Assembly: GCA_964016885.1 (NCBI GenBank)
Contig: OZ024740.1
Location: 419,988,001-420,052,000 of the forward strand
Length of the DNA stretch: 64,000 nt
Direction: 5' to 3'
Origin: Eledone cirrhosa
Lineage: Eukaryota
Each line of letters starts with the position of its first letter. Position 1 is the stretch's first letter. The position numbers and the translations under genes are program-made. Below the pieces are notes generated by a model. That model had not been told where the DNA came from, ran no database searches, and worked only from the letters and a program-made list of their open reading frames with translations. Positions 43,013 through 56,300 of this stretch are shown here, piece by piece.

Positions 43013-43261
43013 GTGAGTAGAAAATCCTACTACTTTTCTTTTTACCGCGTGAATTTGATATATTGTTTAAAATAGATTAGCAATTTTAGGGCACCTTCTA
43101 TTTTTAGGGCCTAGCAGGGTATGTAAACATCTCTGTTGATTAGTCCAGTTTTTTTTTAATTGCACCTGTTATAATTACAATTTTATAATTTTCTGTTTAT
43201 CTTTAAAATTATTTATCTGCTAATTACTGTAATATTCACATTAAAAGTCATTAAGCATTTA

Positions 43262-43390
43262 GTAGTGGTGGTATTGATGATGATGATGATGATGATGGTG
43301 ATGGTGATGGTGATGGCGGTGATGGTGGTGGTGGTGGTGGTGATGATGATGGTGGTGGTGGTGATGATCATGGTGATTCTGATGATGGTA
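43262..43390. repeat. Mixed (GAT)n/(GGT)n trinucleotide microsatellite
   Basis: Directly visible. It explains the Met/Val ORF at 43265-43453. Confidence 0.97.
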
Positions 43391-43597
43391 GGGGTGTTGG
43401 CAGGCAGTAATGGCTGTTGTTGTTTAACCCCAGGTTTGTTCTCATTAAGCTAACTTCTGATCCAGCCATGATTATATAAACCATGACTGTCAGTTTTTCT
43501 CCAATATGAGGGGGCAACTGTTATAGTAAAGTGTATCCACAATGATAGGAATGCACTGGTTTTTATTGGTGCTGGGGAGAAGAAGGATGCATAAATG

Positions 43598-44345
43598 ACC
43601 CCTTATGAGAAATTGTTAGATGCAGATAATGAATGAAGGCCTTCTCTAAGTAGACCTAACTAGGGGATCAGCCACCAAAGTGATTAAGGACATGAAGGTA
43701 GGGAAAGGAGCTGAACTGTAACGTATAGTTGTCAAGATGCTAAAAATATCTGGTATGGTAGATTACAAGCTAGTCAGATGCATAATCAATCAAGTGGTAT
43801 GGGGTGGTGTCATTGAGTATCTATGGTACTGCTACTACGGTGAAGGAGACACATTAGTGAGAGATAACTACACAGGCATCAAGTTGATAGACTATGTCAT
43901 GAAAGTTACTGAAAGGGTTATAGGAACAGAATTAAGCTACATGAAATATAGTTCACCTCTTTAGCCAGGTAGGGGTACCACTGATGCCGTCTTCCTTTGT
44001 GAGACAATTGCAGGTGAAGTATTTAGCTAAAGGTAACCCTTTGTACTTAGCATTTATAGATCAGGAGAAGGCTTTTAAAAGAGTTCCCTGTTCTGTAATC
44101 TGGTGGGTGGTGGGTGCTAAGGAAATTAGATATAAATGAATGGCTGATGAAGGCCATACAAGCCATGTATAAAGGTGCAACCAGTAAGGTGAGTGTTGAC
44201 AATTAGTACTGTGACACATTTGGAATTCAGATGTGGGTCTACCAGGGTTCAATGCTCAGTCCCCTCCTTTCAGGTCATAACAGTGGAGTTTAAAACTAGT
44301 ACTGTTTGGGAATTTCTGTGTGCTGATTTAATCCTTATATCTGGA
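43598..44345 (+). mobile_element. Decayed RTE-clade LINE, reverse-transcriptase region up to the catalytic YADD motif (pseudogenised)
   Basis: Colinear RT segments across frameshifts and stops: VIKDMKVGKG, MLKISGMVDYKLVRCIINQVV, GEGDTLVRDNYTGIKLIDYVMKVTERVI, PGRGTTDAVFL, RQLQVKYLAKGNPLYLAFIDQEKAFKRVP, QGSMLSPLL, QVITVEFKTS..WEFLCADLILI (family pattern PWELLYADDL.LIAE). The 5' boundary is approximate. Confidence 0.93.
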
Positions 44346-47300
44346 CATGTAGATCTAGTCCTTATATCTAGACATGTAGATCTAGTCCTTATATCTAGAT
44401 ATGTAGATCTAGTCCTTATATCTGGATATGTAGATCTAGTCCTTATATCTGGATATGTAGATCTAGTCCTTATATCTGGATATGTAGAAGATCTAGTCCT
44501 TATATCTGGATATGTAGAAGATCTAGTCCTTATATCTGGATATGTAGATCTAGTCCTTATATCTGGATATGTAGAAGATCTAGTCCTTATATCTGGATAT
44601 GTAGATCTAGTCCTTATATCTGGATATGTAGAAGATCTAGTCCTTATATCTGGATATGTAGAAGATCTAGTCCTTATATCTGGATATGTAGATCTAGTCC
44701 TTATATCTGGATATGTAGAAGATCTAGTCCTTATATCTGGATATGTAGATCTAGTCCTTATATCTGGATATGTAGAAGATCTAGTCCTTATATCTAGATA
44801 TGTAGATCTAGTCCTTATATCTAGATATGTAGATCTAGTCCTTATATCTAGATATGTAGATCTGGTCCTTATATCTGGATATGTAGATCTAGTCCTTATA
44901 TCTGGATATGTAGAAGATCTAGTCCTTATATCTGGATATGTAGAAGATCTAGTCCTTATATCTGGATATGTAGATCTAGTCCTTATATCTGGATATGTAG
45001 AAGATCTAGTCCTTATATCTGGATATGTAGAAGATCTAGTCCTTATATCTGGATATGTAGATCTAGTCCTTATATCTGGATATGTAGAAGATCTAGTCCT
45101 TATATCTGGATATGTAGAAGATCTAGTCCTTATATCTGGATATGTAGAAGATCTAGTCCTTATATCTGGATATGTAGAAGATCTAGTCCTTATATCTAGA
45201 TATGTAGATCTAGTCCTTATATCTGGATATGTAGAAGATCTAGTCCTTATATCTGGATATGTAGATCTAGTCCTTATATCTAGATATGTAGATCTAGTCC
45301 TTATATCTAGATATGTAGATCTAGTCCTTATATCTGGATATGTAGAAGATCTAGTCCTTATATCTGGATATGTAGATCTAGTCCTTATATCTGGATATGT
45401 AGATCTAGTCCTTATATCTGGATATGTAGAAGATCTAGTCCTTATATCTGGATATGTAGAAGATCTAGTCCTTATATCTAGATATGTAGAAGATCTAGTC
45501 CTTATATCTGGATATGTAGAAGATCTAGTCCTTATATCTGGATATGTAGAAGATCTAGTCCTTATATCTGGATATGTAGATGTAGTCCTTATATCTGGAT
45601 ATGTAGATCTAGTCCTTATATCTGGATATGTAGATGTAGTCCTTATATCTGGATATGTAGATCTAGTGCTTATATCTGGATATGTAGATCTAGTCCTTAT
45701 ATCTAGATATATAGATCTAGTCCTTATATCTAGATATGTAGATCTAGTCCTTATATCTGGATATGTAGATCTAGTCCTTATATCTAGATATGTAGATCTA
45801 GTCCTTATATCTAGATATGTAGATCTAGTCCTTATATCTGGATATGTAGATCTAGTCCTTATATCTAGATATGTAGATCTAGTCCTTATATCTAGATATG
45901 GAGATCTAGTCCTTATATCTAGATATGGAGATCTAGTCCTTATATCTGGATATGTAGATCTAGTCCTTATATCTGGATATGTAGATCTAGTCCTTATATC
46001 TGGATATGTAGATCTAGTCCTTATATCTAGATATGTAGATCTAGTCCTTATATCTAGATATGTAGATCTAGTCCTTATATCTAGATATGTAGATCTAGTC
46101 CTTATATCTAGATATGTAGAAGATCTAGTCCTTATATCTAGATATGGAGATCTAGTCCTTATATCTGGATATGTAGATCTAATCCTTATATCTGGATATG
46201 TAGAAGATCTAGTCCTTATATCTGGATATGTAGAAGATCTAGTCCTTGTATCTAGATATGTATATCTAGTCCTTATATCTAGATATGTAGATCTAGTCCT
46301 TATATCTAGATATGTAGATCTAGTCCTTATATCTGGATATGTAGATCTAGTCCTTATATCTGGATATGTAGATCTAGTCCTTATATCTAGATATGTAGAA
46401 GATCTAGTCCTTATATCTGGATATGTAGAAGATCTAGTCCTTATATCTAGATATGTAGAAGATCTGGTCCTTATATCTAGATATGTAGAAGATCTAGTCC
46501 TTATATCTGGATATGTAGAAGATCTAGTCCTTATATCTGGATATGTAGAAGATCTAGTCCTTATATCTGGATATGTAGAAGATCTAGTCCTTATATCTAG
46601 ATATGTAGAAGATCTAGTCCTTATATCTAGATATGTAGAAGATCTCGTCTTTATATCTAGATATGTAGAAGATCTAGTCCTTATATCTGGATATGTAGAA
46701 GATCTTGTCCTTATACCTGGATATGTAGATCTAGTCCTTATATCTAGATATGTAGATCTAGTCCTTATATCTGGATATGTAGATCTAGTCCTTATATCTG
46801 GATATGTAGATCTAGTCCTTATATCTGGATATGTAGAAGATCTAGTCCTTATATCTGGATATGTAGATCTAGTCCTTATACCTGGATATGTAGAAGATCT
46901 AGTCCTTATATCTGGATATGTAGAAGATCTAGTCCTTATATCTGGATATGTAGATCTAGTCCTTATATCTGGATATGTAGAAGATCTAGTCCTTATATCT
47001 AGACATGTAGATCTAGTCCATATATCTAGATATGTAGATCTAGTCCTTATATCTGGATATGTAGATCTAGTCCTTATATGTAGATATGTAGATCTAGTCC
47101 TTATATCTGGATATGTAGAAGATCTAGTCCTTATATCTGGATATGTAGAAGATCTAGTCCTTATATCTGGATATGTAGAAGATCTAGTCCTTATATCTGG
47201 ATATGTAGAAGATCTAGTCCTTATATCTGGATATGTAGATCTAGTCCTTATACCTGGATATGTAGATCTAGTCCTTATATCTTGATATGTAGATCTAGTC

Positions 47301-50300
47301 CTTATATCTGGATATGTAGAATATCTAGTCCTTATACCTGGATATGTAGATCTAGTCCTTATATCTGGATATGTAGAAGATCTAGTCCTTATATCTGGAT
47401 ATGTAGAAGATCTAGTCCTTATATCTGGATATTTAGATCTAGTCCTTATATCTGGATATGTAGATCTAGTCCTTAGATATGTAGATCTAGTCCTTATATC
47501 TGGATATGTAGATCTAGTCCTTATATCTGGATATGTAGAATATCTAGTCCTTATACCTGGATATGTAGATCTAGTCCTTATATCTGGATATGTAGATCTA
47601 GTCCTTATATCTAGATATGTAGATCTAGTCCTTATATCTGGATATGTAGAAGATCTAGTCCTTATATCTGGATATGTAGAAGATCTAGTCCTTATATCTG
47701 GATATTTAGATCTAGTCCTTATATCTGGATATGTAGATCTAGTCCTTATATCTAGATATGTAGATCTAGTCCTTATATCTAGATATGTAGATCTAGTCCT
47801 TATATCTGGATATGTAGAAGATCTAGTCCTTATATCTGGATATGTAGATCTAGTCCTTATATCTAGATATGTAGATCTAGTCCTTATATCTAGATATGTA
47901 GAAGATCTAGTCCTTATATCTAGATATGTAGAAGATCTAGTCCTTATATCTAGATATGTAGATCTAGTCCTTATATCTAGATATATAGAAGATCTAGTCC
48001 TTATATCTGGATATGTAGATCTAGTCCTTATATCTAGATATGTAGATCTAGTCCTTATACCTGGATATGTAGATCTAGTCCTTATATCTAGATATGTAGA
48101 TCTAGTCCTTATATCTAGATATGTAGATCTAGTCCTTATATCTGGATATGTAGAAGATCTAGTCCTTATATCTGGATATGTAGAAGATCCAGTCCTTATA
48201 TCTGGATATGTAGATCTAGTCCTTATACCTGGATATGTAGATCTAGTCCTTATACCTGGATATGTAGAAGATCTAGTCCTTATATCTGGATATGTAGATC
48301 TAGTCCTTATACCTGGATATGTAGATCTAGTCCTTATATCTGGATATGTAGATCTAGTCCTTATATCTAGATATGTAGATCTAGTCCTTATATCTGGATA
48401 TGTAGAAGATCTAGTCCTTATATCTGGATATGTAGATCTAGTCCTTATACCTGGATATGTAGATCTAGTCCTTATATCTAGATATGTAGATCTAGTCCTT
48501 ATATCTAGATATGTAGATCTAGTCCTTATACCTGGATATGTAGATCTAGTCCTTATATCTGGATATGTAGATCTAGTCCTTATATCTGGATATGTAGAAG
48601 ATCTAGTCCTTATATCTGGATATGTAGAAGATCTAGTCCTTATATCTAGATATGTAGAAGATCTGGTCCTTATATCTAGATATGTAGAAGATCTAGTCCT
48701 TATATCTGGATATGTAGAAGATCTAGTCCTTATATCTAGATATGTAGAAGATCTAGTCCTTATATCTAGATATGTAGAAGATCTAGTCCTTATATCTGGA
48801 TATGTAGAAGATCTAGTCCTTATATCTGGATATGTAGATCTAGTCCTTATATCTGGATATGTAGATCTAGTCCTTATATCTGGATATGTAGATCTAGTCC
48901 TTATATCTGGATATGTAGATCTAGTCCTTATATCTGGATATGTAGATCTAGTCCTTATATCTGGATATGTAGATCTAGTCCTTATATCTGGATATGTAGA
49001 AGATCTAGTCCTTATACCTGGATATGTAGAAGATTTAATCCTTATATCTGGATATGTAGATCTAGTCCTTATATCTGGATATGTAGAAGATCTAGTCCTT
49101 ATATCTGGATATGTAGATCTAGTCCTTATATCTGGATATGTAGATCTAGTCCTTATATCTGGATATGTAGATCTAGTCCTTATATCTGGATATGTAGATC
49201 TAGTCCTTATATCTGGATATGTAGATCTAGTCCTTATATCTGGATATGTAGAAGATCTAGTCCTTATATCTGGATATGTAGAAGATCTAGTCCTTATACC
49301 TGGATATGTAGAAGATTTAATCCTTATATCTGGATATGTAGATCTAGTCCTTATATCTGGATATGTAGATCTAGTCCTTAGATATGTAGATCTAGTCCTT
49401 ATATCTAGATATGTAGATCTAGTCCTTATATCTAGATATGTAGATCTAGTCCTTATATCTAGATATGGAGATCTAGTCCTTATATCTGGATATGTAGAAG
49501 ATCTAGTCCTTATATCTAGATATGGAGATCTAGTCCTTATATCTGGATATGTAGATCTAGTCCTTATATCTAGATATGTAGATCTAGTCCTTATATCTAG
49601 ATATGTAGATCTAGTCCTTATATCTAGATATGTAGATCTAGTCCTTATATCTAGATATGTAGATCTAGTCCTTATATCTAGATATGGAGATCTAGTCCTT
49701 ATATCTGGATATGTAGATCTAGTCCTTATATCTAGATATGTAGATCTAGTCCTTATATCTAGATATGTAGATCTAGTCCTTATATCTAGATATGTAGATC
49801 TAGTCCTTATATCTAGATATGGAGATCTAGTCCTTATATCTGGATATGTAGATCTAGTCCTTATATCTAGATATGTAGAAGGTCTAGTCCTTATATCTAG
49901 ATATGTAGAAGATCTAGTCCTTATATCTGGATATGTAGATCTAGTCCTTATATCTAGATATGTAGAAGATCTAGTCCTTATATCTAGATATGTAGAAGAT
50001 CTAGTCCTTATATCTGGATATGTAGAAGATCTAGTCCTTATATCTAGATATGTAGAAGATCTAGTCCTTATATCTAGATATGTAGAAGATCTAGTCCTTA
50101 TATCTAGATATGTAGAAGATCTAGTCCTTATATCTGGATATGTAGATCTAGTCCTTATATCTAGATATTTAGATCTAGTCCTTATATCTAGATATGTAGA
50201 AGATTTAATCCTTATATCTGGATATGTAGATCTAGTCCTTATGTCTAGATATGTAGATCTAGTCCTTAGATATGTAGATCTAGTCCTTATATCTAGATAT

Positions 50301-53300
50301 GTAGATCTAGTCCTTATATCTGGATATGTAGATCTAGTCCTTAGATATGTAGATCTAGTCCTTATATCTAGATATGTAGATCTAGTCCTTATATCTGGAT
50401 ATGTAGAAGATCTAGTCCTTATATCTGGATATGTAGAAGATCTAGTCCTTATATCTGGATATGTAGATCTAGTCCTTATATCTGGATATGTAGAAGATCT
50501 AGTCCTTATATCTAGATATGTAGATCTAGTCCTTATATCTGGATATGTAGAAGATCTAGTCCTTATATCTGGATATGTAGAAGATCTAGTCCTTATATCT
50601 GGATATGTAGATCTAGTCCTTATATCTGGATATGTAGATCTAGTCCTTATATGTAGATATGTAGAAGATCTAGTCCTTATATCTGGATATGTAGATCTAG
50701 TCCTTATATCTAGATATGTAGATCTAGTCCTTATATCTGGATATGTAGATCTAGTCCTTATATCTGGATATGTAGATCTAGTCCTTATATCTGGATATGT
50801 AGAAGATCTAGTCCTTATATCTAGATATATAGCTCTAGCCCTTATATCTAGATATGTAGATCTAGTCCTTATATCTAGATATGTAGATCAAGTCCTTATA
50901 TCTGGATATGTAGATCTAGTCCTTAGATATGTAGATCTAGTCCTTATATCTGGATATGTAGATCTAGTCCTTATATCTGGATATGTAGAAGATCTAGTCC
51001 TTATATCTGGATATGTAGATCTAGTCCTTATATCTAGATATGTAGATCTAGTCCTTATATCTAGATATGTAGATCTAGTCCTTATATCTAGATATGTAGA
51101 TCTAGTCCTTATATCTGGATATGTAGAAGATCTAGTCCTTATATCTAGATATGTAGATCTAGTCCTTATATCTGGATATGTAGATCTAGTCCTTATATCT
51201 AGATATGTAGATCTAGTCCTTATATCTAGATATGTAGATCTAGTCCTTATATCTAGATATGTAGATCTAGTCCTTATACCTGGATATGTAGATCTAGTCC
51301 TTATATCTGGATATGTAGAAGATCTAGTCCTTATATCTAGATATGTAGATCTAGTCCTTATATCTGGATATGTAGATCTAGTCCTTATATCTAGATATGT
51401 AGAAGATCTAGTCCTTATATCTAGATATGTAGATCTAGTCCTTATACCTGGATATGTAGAAGATCTAGTCCTTATATCTGGATATGTAGATGTAGTCCTT
51501 ATATCTAGATATGTAGAAGATCTAGTCCTTATATCTGGATATGTAGAAGATCTAGTCCTTATATCTGGATATGTAGAAGATCTAGTCCTTATATCTGGAT
51601 ATGTAGAAGATCTAATCCTTATATCTAGATATGTATATCTAGTCCTTATATCTAGATATGTAGATCTAGTCCTTATATCTAGATATGTAGATCTAGTCCT
51701 TATATCTGGATATGTAGATCTAGTCCTTATATCTAGATATGTAGATCTAGTCCTTATATCTAGATATGGAGATCTAGTCCTTATATCTAGATATGGAGAT
51801 CTAGTCCTTATATCTGGATATGTAGAAGATCTAGTCCTTATATGTAGATATGTAGATCTAGTCCTTATATCTGGATATGTAGATCTAGTCCTTATATCTA
51901 GATATGTAGAAGATCTAGTCCTTATATCTGGATATGTAGATGTAGTCCTTATATCTGGATATGTAGATCTAGTCCTTATATCTAGATATGTAGATCTAGT
52001 CCTTATATCTAGATATGGAGATCTAGTCCTTATATCTAGATATGGAGATCTAGTCCTTATATCTGGATATGTAGAAGATCTAGTCCTTATATGTAGATAT
52101 GTAGATCTAGTCCTTATATCTGGATATGTAGATGTAGTCCTTATATCTGGATATGTAGAAGATCTAGTCCTTATATCTGGATATGTAGATCTAGTCCTTA
52201 TATCTAGATATGTAGATCTAGTCCTTATATCTGGATATGTAGATCTAGTCCTTATATCTGGATATGTAGAAGATCTAGTCCTTATATCTAGATATGTAGA
52301 AGATCTAGTCCTTATATCTGGATATGTAGATCTAGTCCTTATATCTGGATATGTAGATCTAGTCCTTATATCTAGATATGTAGATCTAGTCCTTATATCT
52401 AGATATGTAGATCTAGTCCTTATATCTAGATATGTAGAAGATCTAGTCCTTATATGTAGATATGTAGATCTAGTCCTTATATGTAGATATGTAGATCTAG
52501 TCCTTATATCTAGATATGTAGATCTAGTCCTTATATCTAGATATGTAGAAGATCTAGTCCTTATATGTAGATATGTAGATCTAGTCCTTATATCTAGATA
52601 TGTAGATCTAGTCCTTATATCTAGATATGTAGAAGATCTAGTCCTTATATCTAGATATGCAGAAGATCTAGTCCTTATATGTAGATATGTAGATCTAGTC
52701 CTTATATGTAGATATGTAGATCTAGTCCTTATATCTAGATATGTAGAAGATCTAGTCCTTATATGTAGATATGTAGATCTAGTCCTTATACCTGGATATG
52801 TAGATCTAGTCCTTATATCTGGATATGTAGATCTAGTCCTTATATCTAGATATGTAGAAGATCTAGTCCTTATATCTAGATATGTAGAAGATCTAGTCCT
52901 TATATCTGGATATGTAGAAGATCTAGTCCTTATATCTAGATATGTAGAAGATCTAGTCCTTATATCTAGATATGTAGAAGATCTAGTCCTTATATCTAGA
53001 TATGTAGAAGATCTAGTCCTTATATCTGGATATGTAGATCTAGTCCTTATGTCTAGATATTTAGATCTAGTCCTTATATCTGGATATGTAGAAGATTTAA
53101 TCCTTATATCTGGATATGTAGATCTAGTGCTTATATCTGGATATGTAGAAGATTTAATCCTTATATCTGGATATGTAGATCTAGTCCTTATGTCTAGATA
53201 TGTAGATCTAGTCCTTATATCTAGATATGTAGATCTAGTCCTTATATCTGGATATGTAGATCTAGTCCTTAGATATGTAGATCTAGTCCTTATATCTAGA

Positions 53301-56300
53301 TATGTAGATCTAGTCCTTATATCTAGATATGTAGAAGATCTAGTCCTTATATCTGGATATGTAGATCTAGTCCTTATATCTGGATATGTAGATCTAGTCC
53401 TTATATCTGGATATGTAGAAGATCTAGTCCTTATATCTGGATATGTAGAAGATCTAGTCCTTATATCTGGATATGTAGATCTAGTCCTTATATCTAGATA
53501 TGTAGATCTAGTCCTTATATCTGGATATGTAGAAGATCTAGTCCTTATATCTAGATATGTAGATCTAGTCCTTATATCTAGATATGTAGATCTAGTCCTT
53601 ATATCTGGATATGTAGAAGATCTAGTCCTTATATCTAGATATGTAGATCTAGTCCTTATATCTAGATATGTAGATCTAGTCCTTATATCTGGATATGTAG
53701 AAGATCTAGTCCTTATATCTAGATATGTAGATCTAGTCCTTATATCTGGATATGTAGAAGATCTAGTCCTTATATCTAGATATGTAGATCTAGTCCTTAT
53801 ATCTAGATATGTAGATCTAGTCCTTATATCTGGATATGTAGATCTAGTCCTTATATCTGGATATGTAGATCTAGTCCTTATATCTAGATATGTAGATCTA
53901 GTCCTTATACCTGGATATGTAGATCTAGTTCTTATATCTGGATATGTAGAAGATCTAGTCCTTATATCTAGATATGTAGATCTAGTCCTTATATCTAGAT
54001 ATGTAGATCTAGTCCTTATACCTGGATATGTAGATCTAGTCCTTATATCTGGATATGTAGAAGATCTAGTCCTTATCACTAGATATGTAGATCTAGTCCT
54101 TATATCTGGATATGTAGATCTAGTCCTTATATCTGGATATGTAGATCTAGTCCTTATATCTGGATATGTAGATCTAGTCCTTATATCTAGATATGTAGAA
54201 GATCTAGTCCTTATATCTAGATATGTAGAAGATCTAGTCCTTATATCTGGATATGTAGATCTAGTCCTTATATCTGGATATGTAGAAGATCTAGTCCTTA
54301 TCACTAGATATGTAGATCTAGTCCTTATACCTGGATATGTAGATCTAGTCCTTATATCTGGATATGTAGAAGATCTAGTCCTTATATCTAGATATGTAGA
54401 TCTAGTCCTTATATCTGGATATGTAGATCTAGTCCTTATATCTAGATATGTAGATCTAGTCCTTATATCTGGATATGTAGATCTAGTGCTTATGTCTAGA
54501 TATGTAGATCTAGTCTTTATATCTAGATATATAGATCTAGTCCTTATATCTAGATATGTAGATCTAGTCCTTATATCTAGATATGTAGATCTAGTCCTTA
54601 TATCTAGATATGTAGAAGATCTAGTCCTTATATCTAGATATGTAGATCTAGTCCTTATATCTAGATATGTAGATCTAGTCCTTATACCTGGATATGTAGA
54701 AGATCTAGTCCTTATATCTGGATATGTAGATCTAGTCCTTATATCTAGATATGTAGAAGATCTAGTCCTTATATGTAGATATGTAGATCTAGTCCTTATA
54801 TGTAGATATGTAGATCTAGTCCTTATACCTGGATATGTAGAAGATCTAGTCCTTATATCTGGATATGTAGATCTAGTCCTTATATCTAGATATGTAGAAG
54901 ATCTAGTCCTTATATGTAGATATGTAGATCTAGTCCTTATACCTGGATATGTAGATCTAGTCCTTATATCTGGATATGTAGATCTAGTCCTTATATCTAG
55001 ATATGTAGAAGATCTAGTCCTTATATCTAGATATGTAGAAGATCTAGTCCTTATATCTGGATATGTAGAAGATCTAGTCCTTATATCTAGATATGTAGAA
55101 GATCTAGTCCTTATATCTAGATATGTAGAAGATCTAGTCCTTATATCTAGATATGTAGAAGATCTAGTCCTTATATCTGGATATGTAGATCTAGTCCTTA
55201 TATCTAGATATTTAGATCTAGTCCTTATATCTAGATATGTAGAAGATTTAATCCTTATATCTGGATATGTAGATCTAGTCCTTATATCTGGATATGTAGA
55301 AGATTTAATCCTTATATCTGGATATGTAGATCTAGTCCTTATGTCTAGATATGTAGATCTAGTCCTTATATCTAGATATGTAGATCTAGTCCTTATATCT
55401 GGATATGTAGATCTAGTCCTTATATATGTAGATCTAGTCCTTATATCTAGATATGTAGATCTAGTCCTTATATCTAGATATGTAGAAGATCTAGTCCTTA
55501 TATTTGGATATGTAGATCTAGTCCTTATATCTGGATATGTAGATCTAGTCCTTATATCTGGATATGTAGAAGATCTAGTCCTTATATCTGGATATGTAGA
55601 AGATCTAGTCCTTATATCTAGATATGTAGAAGATCTAGTCCTTATATTTGGATATGTACATCTAGTCCTTATATCTGGATATGTAGATCTAGTCCTTATA
55701 TCTGGATATGTAGAAGATCTAGTCCTTATATCTGGATATGTAGAAGATCTAGTCCTTATATCTAGATATGTAGATCTAGTCCTTTTATCTAGATATGTAG
55801 ATCTAGTCCTTATATCTGGATATGTAGATCTAGTCCTTATACCTGGATATGTAGATCTAGTCCTTATATCTGGATATGTAGAAGATCTAGTCCTTATATC
55901 TAGATATATAGATCTAGCCCTTATATCTAGATATGTAGATCTAGTCCTTATATCTAGATATGTAGATCTAGTCCTTATATCTGGATATGTAGATCTGGTC
56001 CTTAGATATGTAGATCTAGTCCTTAGATATGTAGATCTAGTCCTTATATCTAGATATGTAGATCTAGTCCTTAGATATGTGGATCTAGTCCTTATATCTA
56101 GATATGTAGATCTAGTCCTTATATCTGGATATTTAGATCTAGTCCTTATACCTGGATATGTAGATCTAGTCCTTATATCTGGATATGTAGATCTAGTCCT
56201 TATATCTGGATATGTAGAAGATCTAGTCCTTATATCTGGATATGTAGAAGATCTAGTCCTTATATCTGGATATGTAGATCTAGTCCTTATATCTAGATAT

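Noticed and set aside
42154-43453. Overlapping Cys/Val/Tyr-, His/Thr- and Met/Val-rich ORFs
   Set aside because: They are translations of (TG)/(TATG) and (GAT/GGT) microsatellites.
43410-43495. Possible degenerate interspersed-repeat end (GTTGTTTAACCCCAGGT...CCAGCCATGA) next to the trinucleotide tract
   Set aside because: Only a vague resemblance from memory to an octopus repeat; no TSD or TIR could be shown from the sequence.
43598-44345. Active reverse transcriptase or retron/DGR-like system coupled to the adjacent repeats
   Set aside because: The RT is frameshifted, has stops and deletions, and its catalytic motif has decayed to CAD-L. It is a eukaryotic RTE LINE relic and cannot itself be generating the array.
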